Assembly (NCBI GenBank): GCA_963725775.1
Contig: CAVRZT010000001.1
Coordinates: 675,568-739,567 of the forward strand
Source of the DNA: an uncultured Actinomycetes bacterium
GTDB taxonomy: Bacteria > Actinomycetota > Acidimicrobiia > IMCC26256 > DASPTH01
DNA length: 64,000 nt
Direction: 5' to 3'
Shown here: in pieces, positions 25,771-33,528 of the stretch
How the letters are laid out: each line of letters begins with the position of its first letter
How positions within the stretch are numbered: the stretch's first letter is position 1
Notes under the pieces: model-generated
The model's input: the letters and a program-made list of their open reading frames with translations, nothing else
Database searches by the model: none
Told to the model about the DNA's origin: nothing
Program-made: the position numbers and the translations under genes

Positions 25771-28217
25771 TCATGCGCGCTCCTGGGTCGAGGGTGGCTG
25801 CTTGACGACGCGCGGCGAGCAGCTTGTCGATCGCGTCGTCGTCGTAGCCGAGCTCGTGCAGGATGGCGACGGTGTCCTGGCCGACGCATCAGCGGGGACC
25901 CGTGCACGACGGCCCGGCGTCTCGGAGAGGTCGAACAGGAGGCCCGACCTGCCGATGTCGCCCGACATGCGGGTGGCTGGTACTTCGTGACCCACCCCTT
26001 GTCGATCATCTCGGGGTCGTCGAACAGGTCGAGCACGAAGTCGGGCGTCGACGATCTCGCACGGCACGCCGGCGGCGTCGAGCGCGCGAACCAGTGCTCG
26101 GCGGTGCGCGATGCGGAACGCGGGCTCCGACGCGCGTCGAACGCGGTGTCGGCGGTCGAGCCCCGACGCCGAGGGCCGCCGCCGAGCGCCGGCGCGCTCG
26201 TCGTCGTCGACCGGCGGCGACGCACAGCCAGCCGTCGGCGGTCTCGTAGAGGCGGTGGCACGCGTGCCACCCCAGCTGCATCGCGATCGAGCTGCGGCCG
26301 GTCGCCGCGGTTGCCGTCGGCGTCGACTCCACGCGATCGACGTGTTGAGCAGGTGGGCGTACATGATCGATGGTGTCGACGAACTGGCCCTCGCCGGTGC
26401 GGTCGCGGTGGTAGAGCGCCTGCATGATCCCGATCGCCGACAGGAACCCGTTGCCGGTGTCGCCGAGCGACATGACGGTCCAGAACGGGATGCCGTCGTG
26501 GTCGAGGCCGCCGTCGACCCAGTCGAGGCCGGCGAGCGCGGCACCGGTCTGGTCGTTGCCCGGGGAGACCGTCGCGTTCGCCGGGTCGAAGCCGGCGCGT
26601 GTGGCAGTAGATCAGGTCGGGCTTGATCGCCGCAGGCTCTCGTAGTCGACGCCGAGGCGGACCGCGGCCTCGTAGCGCATGTTGTGCTGCACGACGTCGG
26701 CCGACTCGACGAGGCGGTGCAGGATCGCCATCGCGTCGGGGTCCTTGAGGTTCATCGAGATGCTGCGCTTGCCCCGGTTGCAGCACATCGCGATGTGGGT
26801 GCTCATCCAGTAGAAGTCGTGCAGCGGGTTGACCTTGATGACGTCGGCGCCGAGGTCGGCGAGCATCATCGTGCCCCACGGGCCGGCGATCGCGAGCCCG
26901 AGGTCGAGCACACGCACGCCCTCGAGCGGTGCGGTCAGGCGCCCCGCGTCGGCCGAGCGCGCGACGCGGCGGCCGGGCGCCGCGAGCGCGTCGGCCTCGG
27001 CGAGCACCTCGTCGGTGTCGGCGCCGAGGGCCGGAGGCGCGGCCGGCGCGTCGGTCGGGCACGCGTGCAGCTCGTAGACACGGCCCGACCTGACGGACCG
27101 GACCGAGCTCGGGGTCGATCGACCTCGATGACGCAGCCGTCGGCCAGGAACGCGGGGTCGTGCGAGGGCCTCCTCGGGCGACCGCACCGGCTGGAGGGGC
27201 ACGCCGACCTCGGCGCCGAGCTCGACCCACGGCTCCGCCGGGAACTTGGCGAAGGCCGCGGCCATCACCGGTTGGTAGTGGTGGAGCAGCAGCATCTCGT
27301 TGACGTCGATACCGATGCGCGTCGGTCGCTCTCGCGGGGCCGGGTCGTCTTCTCGGTGCGTGCACGCGGTCGCCCTCGGAGACGCCGAGGACGAAGTCGG
27401 GGAGGGGTACCCACTGGTGGATCCACCGGCCGTCGGCGCAGCGGAACACGCCCTTGCGGCCCGCGCGGATCGCCGATCCAGCTCTGGTAGTTCTCGGTCT
27501 CGACGTGCTCGACGCGCTGCCACGACGACGAGCGTGGTGGCGAGCACCCCCTGCAGCAGCGAGGTCGCGACCCGCTGGCCGCGACCGGTCTGCTCGCGCA
27601 CGCGGAGCGCGGCGCTGATCGCGATGGTGGCCAGGTAGCACGAGGCCAGGCTCACCCACGGCACGCCCGGCGAACAGCGGGCCCGGGCGCGCGGCGCGCC
27701 GACCCAGCAGTCGTCGGGCACGACGAGGTCGGCGAACGCCGGCGGGAGCCCGGCGAGGCGGGCGAGGGTGCCGCCGGGGACGCCGCGGCTCTCCCAGTGG
27801 TGGCCGGTGCGCGCCGCGACCAGGGCGTCGTAGCCGGGGCGATCGGCGTGACGGCCGTCGTCGCCGTAGGCCGTGATCGAGCAGTAGACGAGGCGCGGGT
27901 TGACCGCGTGCAGCGCGTCGAAGTCGAGGCCGAGGTCCGCGGTCGTGCCCGGGCGCGTAGCTCTCGACCAGCACGTCGGCGCGCGTCGCGAGCGCGAGCA
28001 GGCGGTCGCGGTCGGCGGCGTCGCGGAGGTCGAGCTCGACGCTGCGCTTGCCGCGGTGCCAGACCTGCGCGCCCGAGAACGCGCGGGTCGGGTCGCCGCC
28101 GGGCGGCTCGATCTTGGTGACGCGCGCGCCGTGGTCGGCGAGCAGCATGCCGGTCATCGGCCCCGCGATCCCCGTGGTGAGGTCGAGGACGTCGACCCCG
28201 TCGAGCACTCCGGTCAT
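25771..28217 (-). pseudogene. Two tandem family-III CoA-transferase modules (fused or adjacent), more than a dozen frameshifts
   Basis: Module 1 starts MTGVLDGVDVLDLTTGIAGPMTGMLLADHGARVTKIEPPGGD at 28217 (ATGA overlap with the upstream stop). Module 2 starts LEGVRVLDLGLAIAGPWGTMMLADLGADVIKV near 26930 with no stop between the modules in that frame. Conserved pieces alternate among all three frames, for example KGVFRCADGRWIHQWVP, IGIDVNEMLLLHHYQP, IDPELGPVRQVGP, MSLGDTGNGFLSAIGIMQALYHRDRTGEGQ and PDFVLDLFDDPEMIDKGWVTKYQ. Confidence 0.7.
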
Positions 28218-28609
28218 GTAGCCACCGCCGTTCGGTAGACGTCGGGATTCGAGAATTCGCGCCAGCGGAAGACCAGGCCGTCGCGGAACTGCAGGAACAT
28301 GATGTAGTGGTTCTGGTAGCGCTGCCCACCGCCGCGCACGTGGTTGTCGCCGCGCACCTCGACGATCACGAGATCGGGGTCGATGGTGGGGAAGTCGTCG
28401 ACGATCACGTACGACACCGAGTCGAAGCGATCCTGCACCGCGCCGAGCATGGCCGCCAGCTCGGCCTTCCCGTGGCGTTCGATCCCGTAGTACGGCGCCT
28501 CGTACACGACGTCGTCGGTGCACCGGTCGAGCTGACCCTGCGGATCGCCCGCGGAGAAGCAGGCGAGCATCGTGCGCACGGTCTCGAGGTTGCCCATCGG
28601 CGGGAGCAT
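28214..28609 (-). CDS. NTF2/SnoaL-like protein
   Basis: MLPPMGNLETVRTMLACFSAGD.. (alternative start 28597). About 130 aa with an NTF2-like pattern. Intact. Its stop overlaps the CoA-transferase ATG. Confidence 0.7.
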   Translation of the reverse strand: MLPPMGNLETVRTMLACFSAGDPQGQLDRCTDDVVYEAPYYGIERHGKAELAAMLGAVQDRFDSVSYVIVDDFPTIDPDLVIVEVRGDNHVRGGGQRYQNHYIMFLQFRDGLVFRWREFSNPDVYRTAVAT

Positions 28610-28620
28610 AGTAGTTACTA
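28609..28620. promoter_or_regulatory. AT-rich near-palindrome TAGTAGTTACTA in a divergent promoter
   Basis: It sits in the 40-bp gap between starts 28609 (-) and 28650 (+). It is the only A/T-rich stretch locally. Confidence 0.25.
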
Positions 28621-28649
28621 GGGAGCCTGGCTGGGGTAGGTTTCGCCCC

Positions 28650-29138
28650 ATGCCGGAGGTCCAGCCCGAGTCCCAGAAGAGCGAGCCGTTCGAGGAGCCG
28701 CCCCGGGAGGAGATCCCGGGGATCTCCCGCGGCCACGTCCAGTACATGGAGTCGTCCGACGCGGAAGAGGTGTGGTGCATCGCCGGGATGCACCACGTCG
28801 TGCTCCACACCATCGGGCGCAAGAGCGGGAACGAGCACAAGGTCGCGTTGCCCTACTGGGTCGACCGCGACGGACACCGCATCATCGTGGCGTCGTTCTC
28901 GGGCGCGCCCGACCACCCGTCGTGGTACCTCAACCTCAGCGACCGCGACGCCAACCCCGAGGTGAAGTTCCGCGTGCAGCGCGGCGTGTTCTGGGCCGAC
29001 GCGCAGGTCCTCGACGGCGCCGACTACGCCGAGACGTGGACCGCGCTCAACGCCGACCGTCCGTGGTACGACGACTACCAGAGCCGCACCGATCGGCAGA
29101 TCCCGCTGGTGCGCCTCGTCGAGCTCCGTCCCGCCTGA
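28650..29138 (+). CDS. Deazaflavin (F420H2)-dependent nitroreductase/quinone-reductase family (Ddn-like)
   Basis: 162 aa. HTIGRKSGNEHKVALPYW..IIVASFSGAPDHPSWYLNL matches the family signature. Confidence 0.8.
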   Translation: MPEVQPESQKSEPFEEPPREEIPGISRGHVQYMESSDAEEVWCIAGMHHVVLHTIGRKSGNEHKVALPYWVDRDGHRIIVASFSGAPDHPSWYLNLSDRDANPEVKFRVQRGVFWADAQVLDGADYAETWTALNADRPWYDDYQSRTDRQIPLVRLVELRPA

Positions 29139-29145
29139 GGCCGGC

Positions 29146-29871
29146 GTGGACGTCAGCGGCATCATCTTCGCGTCGGTCGACTGCGACGCCGACGCGATCG
29201 AAGACTGGAACCGGTGGTACGACCTCGAGCACCTGCCGCCGAACATCGCGCTGCCGGGGATCATGACCGGCAAGCGCTACGTCGCGCCGCCTGAGCTGCA
29301 CGACGTGCGCGAACCGGCGAACCGGCTCGACGGCTTCGCCGACGGTCGTGGCGTCCACGTCACCGTGTACACGCTCGCCGGCGATCCCGCGCAGGTGCTC
29401 GCCGACATGACGAGTTACCGCGACAAGCTCGAGGACGCCGACCGGATGTTCGCGCCGGAGAAGAAGGTCGTGCGGGCCGGCGACGCGATGACGTGGACGT
29501 GGGGCGTGGCCGATCCGACGTTGAAAGCCGATCCCGGCGACGTGCCCCACGTGCAGCACACCTCGATCCGCGTGGTCCTGCGCCACGGAGGCGACGACGA
29601 AGCGCGTGACACCGTCGCACCCACGGCTGTCGCCGTCGACGGTGTGCACGCGGTGCTCGGTCACCGGTCGATCACCGATACGACGCTCGACTGCGACCTC
29701 TACCTGCTCGAGGGTGACCCCGCGGCGGTGACGCGCGCCGCGCGTGCCGCCGCGCCGTACGGCGCCGGCACCGACGTCGTGCTCGACGCGCCGTTCCGGC
29801 TCATCGTGCCGTTCGACTACGGCTTCGCCGACGCGATCCGGGCGAGCTTGCTGCCCCAGACCATCGCCTGA
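29146..29871 (+). CDS. Hypothetical protein, NRWY-x-x-(D/E)H family (member A)
   Basis: 241 aa, GTG start. N-terminal IIFASVDCDADAIEDWNRWYDLEHLPPNIALPGIMTGKRY. Distant paralog of 51564..52376. Confidence 0.65.
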   Translation: MDVSGIIFASVDCDADAIEDWNRWYDLEHLPPNIALPGIMTGKRYVAPPELHDVREPANRLDGFADGRGVHVTVYTLAGDPAQVLADMTSYRDKLEDADRMFAPEKKVVRAGDAMTWTWGVADPTLKADPGDVPHVQHTSIRVVLRHGGDDEARDTVAPTAVAVDGVHAVLGHRSITDTTLDCDLYLLEGDPAAVTRAARAAAPYGAGTDVVLDAPFRLIVPFDYGFADAIRASLLPQTIA

Positions 29872-29882
29872 AGGGACGCACC

Positions 29883-31105
29883 ATGGAAATCGGCGACTCC
29901 CCGGAAGAAGCGGCGTTCCGGGCCGAAGCCCGGAGCTGGCTCGAGCAGCACGCCACCCGGCTCGACGACGACGCCGCGTCACCCCAGGGGAGCTACGGCG
30001 CCGCGGGGCTCCAGGAGCACATGGACCAGTCGCGCGCGTGGCAGCGCACCCTCTACGACGAGGGCTGGGCCGGCATCACGCTGTCGAAGGACTACGGCGG
30101 GCGCGGCGGCACGGGCATGCAGCAGGCGATCTTCAACGAGGAGCAGGCGCAGTTCGACGTGTCGGTCGGCGCGTTCTCGGTCGCGGTGTCGATGGTGGTC
30201 CCGACGCTGATCGCGCACGGCACCGAACAGCAGAAGAAGGAGCACGTCGACGCCATCCTCCGGGGCGACGAGCTCTGGTGCCAGCTGTACAGCGAGCCTG
30301 GTGCCGGTTCCGATCTCGCGTCGCTCGGTACCGCGCGGGGTGCTCGACGGTGACGAGTACGTCGTCAACGGGCAGAAGGTGTGGAACAGCTTCGCCCAGT
30401 TCGCCGACTACGGCATCCTGCTCGCGCGTACGGATCCCGACGCGCCGAAGCACCGGGGGATCACCTACTTCATCGTCGACATGAAGACGCCCGGCATCGA
30501 CGTGCGCCCCCTCGTGCAGATCACCGGCGTGGCGCACTTCAACGAGGTGTTCCTCACCGACGTGCGCATCCCGGCCGAGAACGTGCTCGGCGATGTGAAC
30601 AACGGATGGGCGCGTCGCGCAGACCACGCTCGGCAACGAGCGCGCCATGATCGGCGGCGCGCAGGGTGGGCGCCAGGTGGCCGACATCATCGCCCTCGCC
30701 CGACGGATGGGCGTAAACGACGATCCGGTCGTCCGTCAGGAGCTCGCGCGGTTGGTGGTGCGCGCCGGGGTCATCCGGTACCTCGGTTTCCGGCTCCGCA
30801 CCGCGATGAGCAAAGGCCAGATGCCCGGGCCCGAGGCGTCGGTGCTCAAGCTCGCGTACTCGGAGCACCTCGCCGCGACCGGTGATCTCGTGCTGAGCCT
30901 CCTCGGACCCGAGGCCACGCTCTGGGGCGACGACGCACCCGACGACGCGCGCTGGCAGGATCAGTTCCTGAGCCAGTGGGCGAGTCGGATCGGTGGGGGG
31001 ACGGACCAGGTGCAGCGCAACGTGATCGGCGAACGGGCGCTCGGCCTGCCGCGTGACCCGTCGAGTGACAAGGACCTGCCGTGGCGCGAGCTGGTGAAGC
31101 CGTGA
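29883..31105 (+). pseudogene. Acyl-CoA dehydrogenase, two frameshifts
   Basis: Three consecutive ORFs (29883.., 30301.., 30647..) carry contiguous ACAD sequence. These are LWCQLYSEPGAGSDLASLGT / VLDGDEYVVNGQKVWNS..NNGW / ..ERAMIGGAQGG..GGTDQVQRNVIGERALGLP. The switches are at G-run 30337-30340 and near 30612. Confidence 0.75.
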
Positions 31106-31893
31106 GGACCGTCGCGATCACCGGTTCCGGGTCGGGCATGGGTGCCGCGTTGGCGGCGCGGCTCGAGGCCGGAGGCGACCGCGTCATCGGCATCGACGTG
31201 AAGCACGCCGAGGTCGAGGCCGACCTCGGCACCGCCGACGGTCGCGCCGAGGCGATCGCGCGGGTCGGTGAGCTCTCGGGCGGCACGCTCGACGGTCTGG
31301 TGACGCTCGCGGGCCTCGCGGGCCTGCCCGAACGCCCGGCGTCGTTGCTGATCTCGGTCAACTACTTCGGCACCGTCGAGCTGCTGGCGGGCCTGCGGCC
31401 CCTCCTCGCCCGCGGCGCGAATCCGGCGGCGGTGGCGATCAGCTCGAACTCGACCACCTGTCAGCCCGGGCTCGACGAGGCGCTCATTGCCAGCTGCCTG
31501 GAGGGCGACGAAGCCGCGACGCGCGCCCTGGCCGGTGAGGGCGAGTCGCTCAGCACGTATCCCGTCACCAAGACCGCGCTGTCCTGGTGGGTGCGGCGCC
31601 ACGCGCCGACGGCCGACTGGGCGGGGGCGGGGATCACTCTCAACGCGGTCGCGCCGGGCGCGATCCAGACGCCGCTGCTCCAGGAAGGGCTCGACCACCC
31701 CACGGTCGGTCCGATGATCGAAGCGTTCAAGTCGCCGCTCGGTCGCAACGGCCGCCCCGAGGAGATCGCCGCGCTCATCGCGTACCTCCTCGGGCCTGAC
31801 GCCCGGTTCTTCTGCGGGTCGGTGCTGTTCTGCGACGGTGGGATGGACGCGCAGTTCCGCAGTGACGACTGGCCCAAACCCTGGAGGCCCTGA
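31102..31893 (+). CDS. Short-chain dehydrogenase/reductase
   Basis: GTG 31102 overlaps the ACAD stop (GTGA). ITGSGSGMGAA Rossmann motif and YPVTK active-site pattern. Confidence 0.8.
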   Translation: MRTVAITGSGSGMGAALAARLEAGGDRVIGIDVKHAEVEADLGTADGRAEAIARVGELSGGTLDGLVTLAGLAGLPERPASLLISVNYFGTVELLAGLRPLLARGANPAAVAISSNSTTCQPGLDEALIASCLEGDEAATRALAGEGESLSTYPVTKTALSWWVRRHAPTADWAGAGITLNAVAPGAIQTPLLQEGLDHPTVGPMIEAFKSPLGRNGRPEEIAALIAYLLGPDARFFCGSVLFCDGGMDAQFRSDDWPKPWRP

Positions 31894-32336
31894 TGGACAC
31901 CCTCGAAGAGCTCGGCGCGATCGAGCAGATCAAGAAGCTGAAGGGGCGGTACTTCCGCTGCATGGACACCAAGGACTGGGACGGCTTCCAAGCGGTGTTC
32001 GCGCCCGACGCGACGATGGACACGACGCAGGAAGCGCCGAACATCGACGTCGTGCACGGTGATGCGAACATCCGCCAGTTCGTCGAGGGGTCGGTCGGTC
32101 CGGTCGTCACCGTGCACCACGGGCACATGCCCGAGATCGAGATCACGTCGCCGACGACCGCGCGCGGCGTGTGGGCGATGCAGGACTTCCTGCAGATGCC
32201 CGAGGGCTCGCCGCTCGGGATGAAGAGCATGACCGGCTACGGCCACTACACCGAGACCTACGAGCTCGTCGACGGTCAATGGCTGATCAAGACGCTCGTG
32301 CTCACCCGCCTGCGGCGCGACGTCGAGATGGCGTGA
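31893..32336 (+). CDS. NTF2/SnoaL-like protein (BaiE-type dehydratase-like fold)
   Basis: 147 aa. IEQIKKLKGRYFRCMDTKDWDGF is typical of the SnoaL_4 group. The start overlaps the SDR stop (TGATG). Confidence 0.75.
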   Translation: MDTLEELGAIEQIKKLKGRYFRCMDTKDWDGFQAVFAPDATMDTTQEAPNIDVVHGDANIRQFVEGSVGPVVTVHHGHMPEIEITSPTTARGVWAMQDFLQMPEGSPLGMKSMTGYGHYTETYELVDGQWLIKTLVLTRLRRDVEMA

Positions 32337-32515
32337 GCGTGAGCGAGCCGGGTATCCCGGTGAGTAGCGAACGCCCAAGAGTGATGGCGTGAGCGTGAGC
32401 GAGCCGGGTATCCCGGTGAGTAGCGAACGCCCAAGAGTGATGGCGTGAGCGTGAGCGAGCCGGGTATCCCGGTGAGTAGCGAACGCCCAAGAGTGATGGC
32501 GTGAGCGTGAGCGAG
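32328..32515 (+). repeat. Perfect 56-bp tandem repeat, 3 full copies + 20-bp partial copy
   Basis: The unit is ATGGCGTGAGCGTGAGCGAGCCGGGTATCCCGGTGAGTAGCGAACGCCCAAGAGTG. Copies at 32328-32383, 32384-32439 and 32440-32495 are 100% identical. A partial copy lies at 32496-32515. Confidence 0.97.
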
Positions 32516-33480
32516 TGACGTACGACCCGAGGTTCCGCCCGCCGCAACCGCCGACGCCGGCACCCGGCGAGCTCACGATCGAGCGCTCGGTGGTGCGCGA
32601 CGACCTCGCCCTCGCGTACGTGCGTGAAGGTGTCGGTGGGTACCCGTTGCTCCTGCTACACGGGTACCCGGAGACCAAGCGCATCTGGTGGCGCAACATC
32701 GCGCCGCTCGCAGCCGCGGGCTTCGAGGTCATCGTCCCTGATCTCCGCGGCTACGGCGACAGCGATCTCTCGCCCGACGACGTCTACGACCTCGCGGTGT
32801 ACTCGCGCGACGTCCACGCGCTCGTGCACGACGTGCTGGGCCACACGCGGTGCGCCGTCGCCGGCGGCGACATCGGCGGTGTCGTCGGCGTCGACCTCGT
32901 GCACCGCTTCGACGGCTTCGTCGAGAAGTTCTGCTTCTTCAACACCGTGCCCCCCGCCGCGATCGAGCAGTACGCGGCCGCGGGGATGGACTACGGCTCC
33001 TTGAGCGCGCTCAGCGACGGCCCGACCGGCGACTACCGCGAGCTCCAGGGCGCGCGGCCCGACGACCTGGCGGCGATGCTGGCCACCGACGCGGCGCGCC
33101 GGCAGTGGATCGCGGGCATGTACCAGAGCCGGCTGTGGGCCTCGCCCGGCACGTTCGGTCGGGCCGACGTCGACTTCATGACGGAGCCGTTCGCCGACGA
33201 AACGAGGTTGCGCGCCGGGTGGTCGGCGTACCAGCTCGGGCACGGTCGTCCGATGACCGAACCGCCCTTGCTCGGCGGAACGGTCGACGTGCCCACGCTC
33301 CTGCTCTACGGCACCGACGACCACGTGGTCGGCGAGGACTTCGTGTGGTTCTGCGAGCGGGCCTTCACCGATCGCATCGGACCGCTCCTGATCCCGGGCG
33401 CCGGCCACTTCCTGCAGTGGGAGCGCGCCGACATCTTCAACCCACTGCTCACCAGCGTCTTCGGCGACCTCGTCCGCTGA
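32515..33480 (+). CDS. Alpha/beta hydrolase (epoxide-hydrolase / haloacetate-dehalogenase-like)
   Basis: GTG start. LLLLHGYPE, VPDLRGYGDS and the Asp-nucleophile elbow GGDIGG. 321 aa. Confidence 0.8.
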   Translation: MTYDPRFRPPQPPTPAPGELTIERSVVRDDLALAYVREGVGGYPLLLLHGYPETKRIWWRNIAPLAAAGFEVIVPDLRGYGDSDLSPDDVYDLAVYSRDVHALVHDVLGHTRCAVAGGDIGGVVGVDLVHRFDGFVEKFCFFNTVPPAAIEQYAAAGMDYGSLSALSDGPTGDYRELQGARPDDLAAMLATDAARRQWIAGMYQSRLWASPGTFGRADVDFMTEPFADETRLRAGWSAYQLGHGRPMTEPPLLGGTVDVPTLLLYGTDDHVVGEDFVWFCERAFTDRIGPLLIPGAGHFLQWERADIFNPLLTSVFGDLVR

Positions 33481-33528
33481 GCCGAGCGTCGAGGTGAAGG
33501 TCTGGCGCGTACGTCGTAACGTCGGGGC

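Noticed and set aside
23084-28217. Programmed ribosomal frameshifting or recoding as an explanation for the broken operon
   Set aside because: There are far too many switches, in both directions, without slippery heptamers, and an in-frame TAG is present. Decay or poor sequence quality explains it better.
25479-29273. 1264-aa ORF on the minus strand, the longest in the track
   Set aside because: It is a stop-free frame typical of very high GC DNA. It strings together out-of-frame Arg/Pro/Ala-rich junk with short genuine segments of several different genes (CoA-transferase, DUF35, antisense of the Ddn-like gene). It is not a single protein.
32328-32515. Possibility that the tandem repeat is a CRISPR array
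   Set aside because: The units are directly adjacent with no spacers, there are only 3.4 copies, and no cas genes are in the window.
32276-32563. Minus-strand ORFs 32276..32563 and 32302..32547 encoding internally repeated peptides (..LTLTPSLLGVRYSPGYPARSRSRHHSWAFATHRDTRLAHAHAI..)
   Set aside because: These are translation artefacts of the 56-bp tandem repeat read antisense. They have no start context and are antisense to a tightly packed plus-strand operon.
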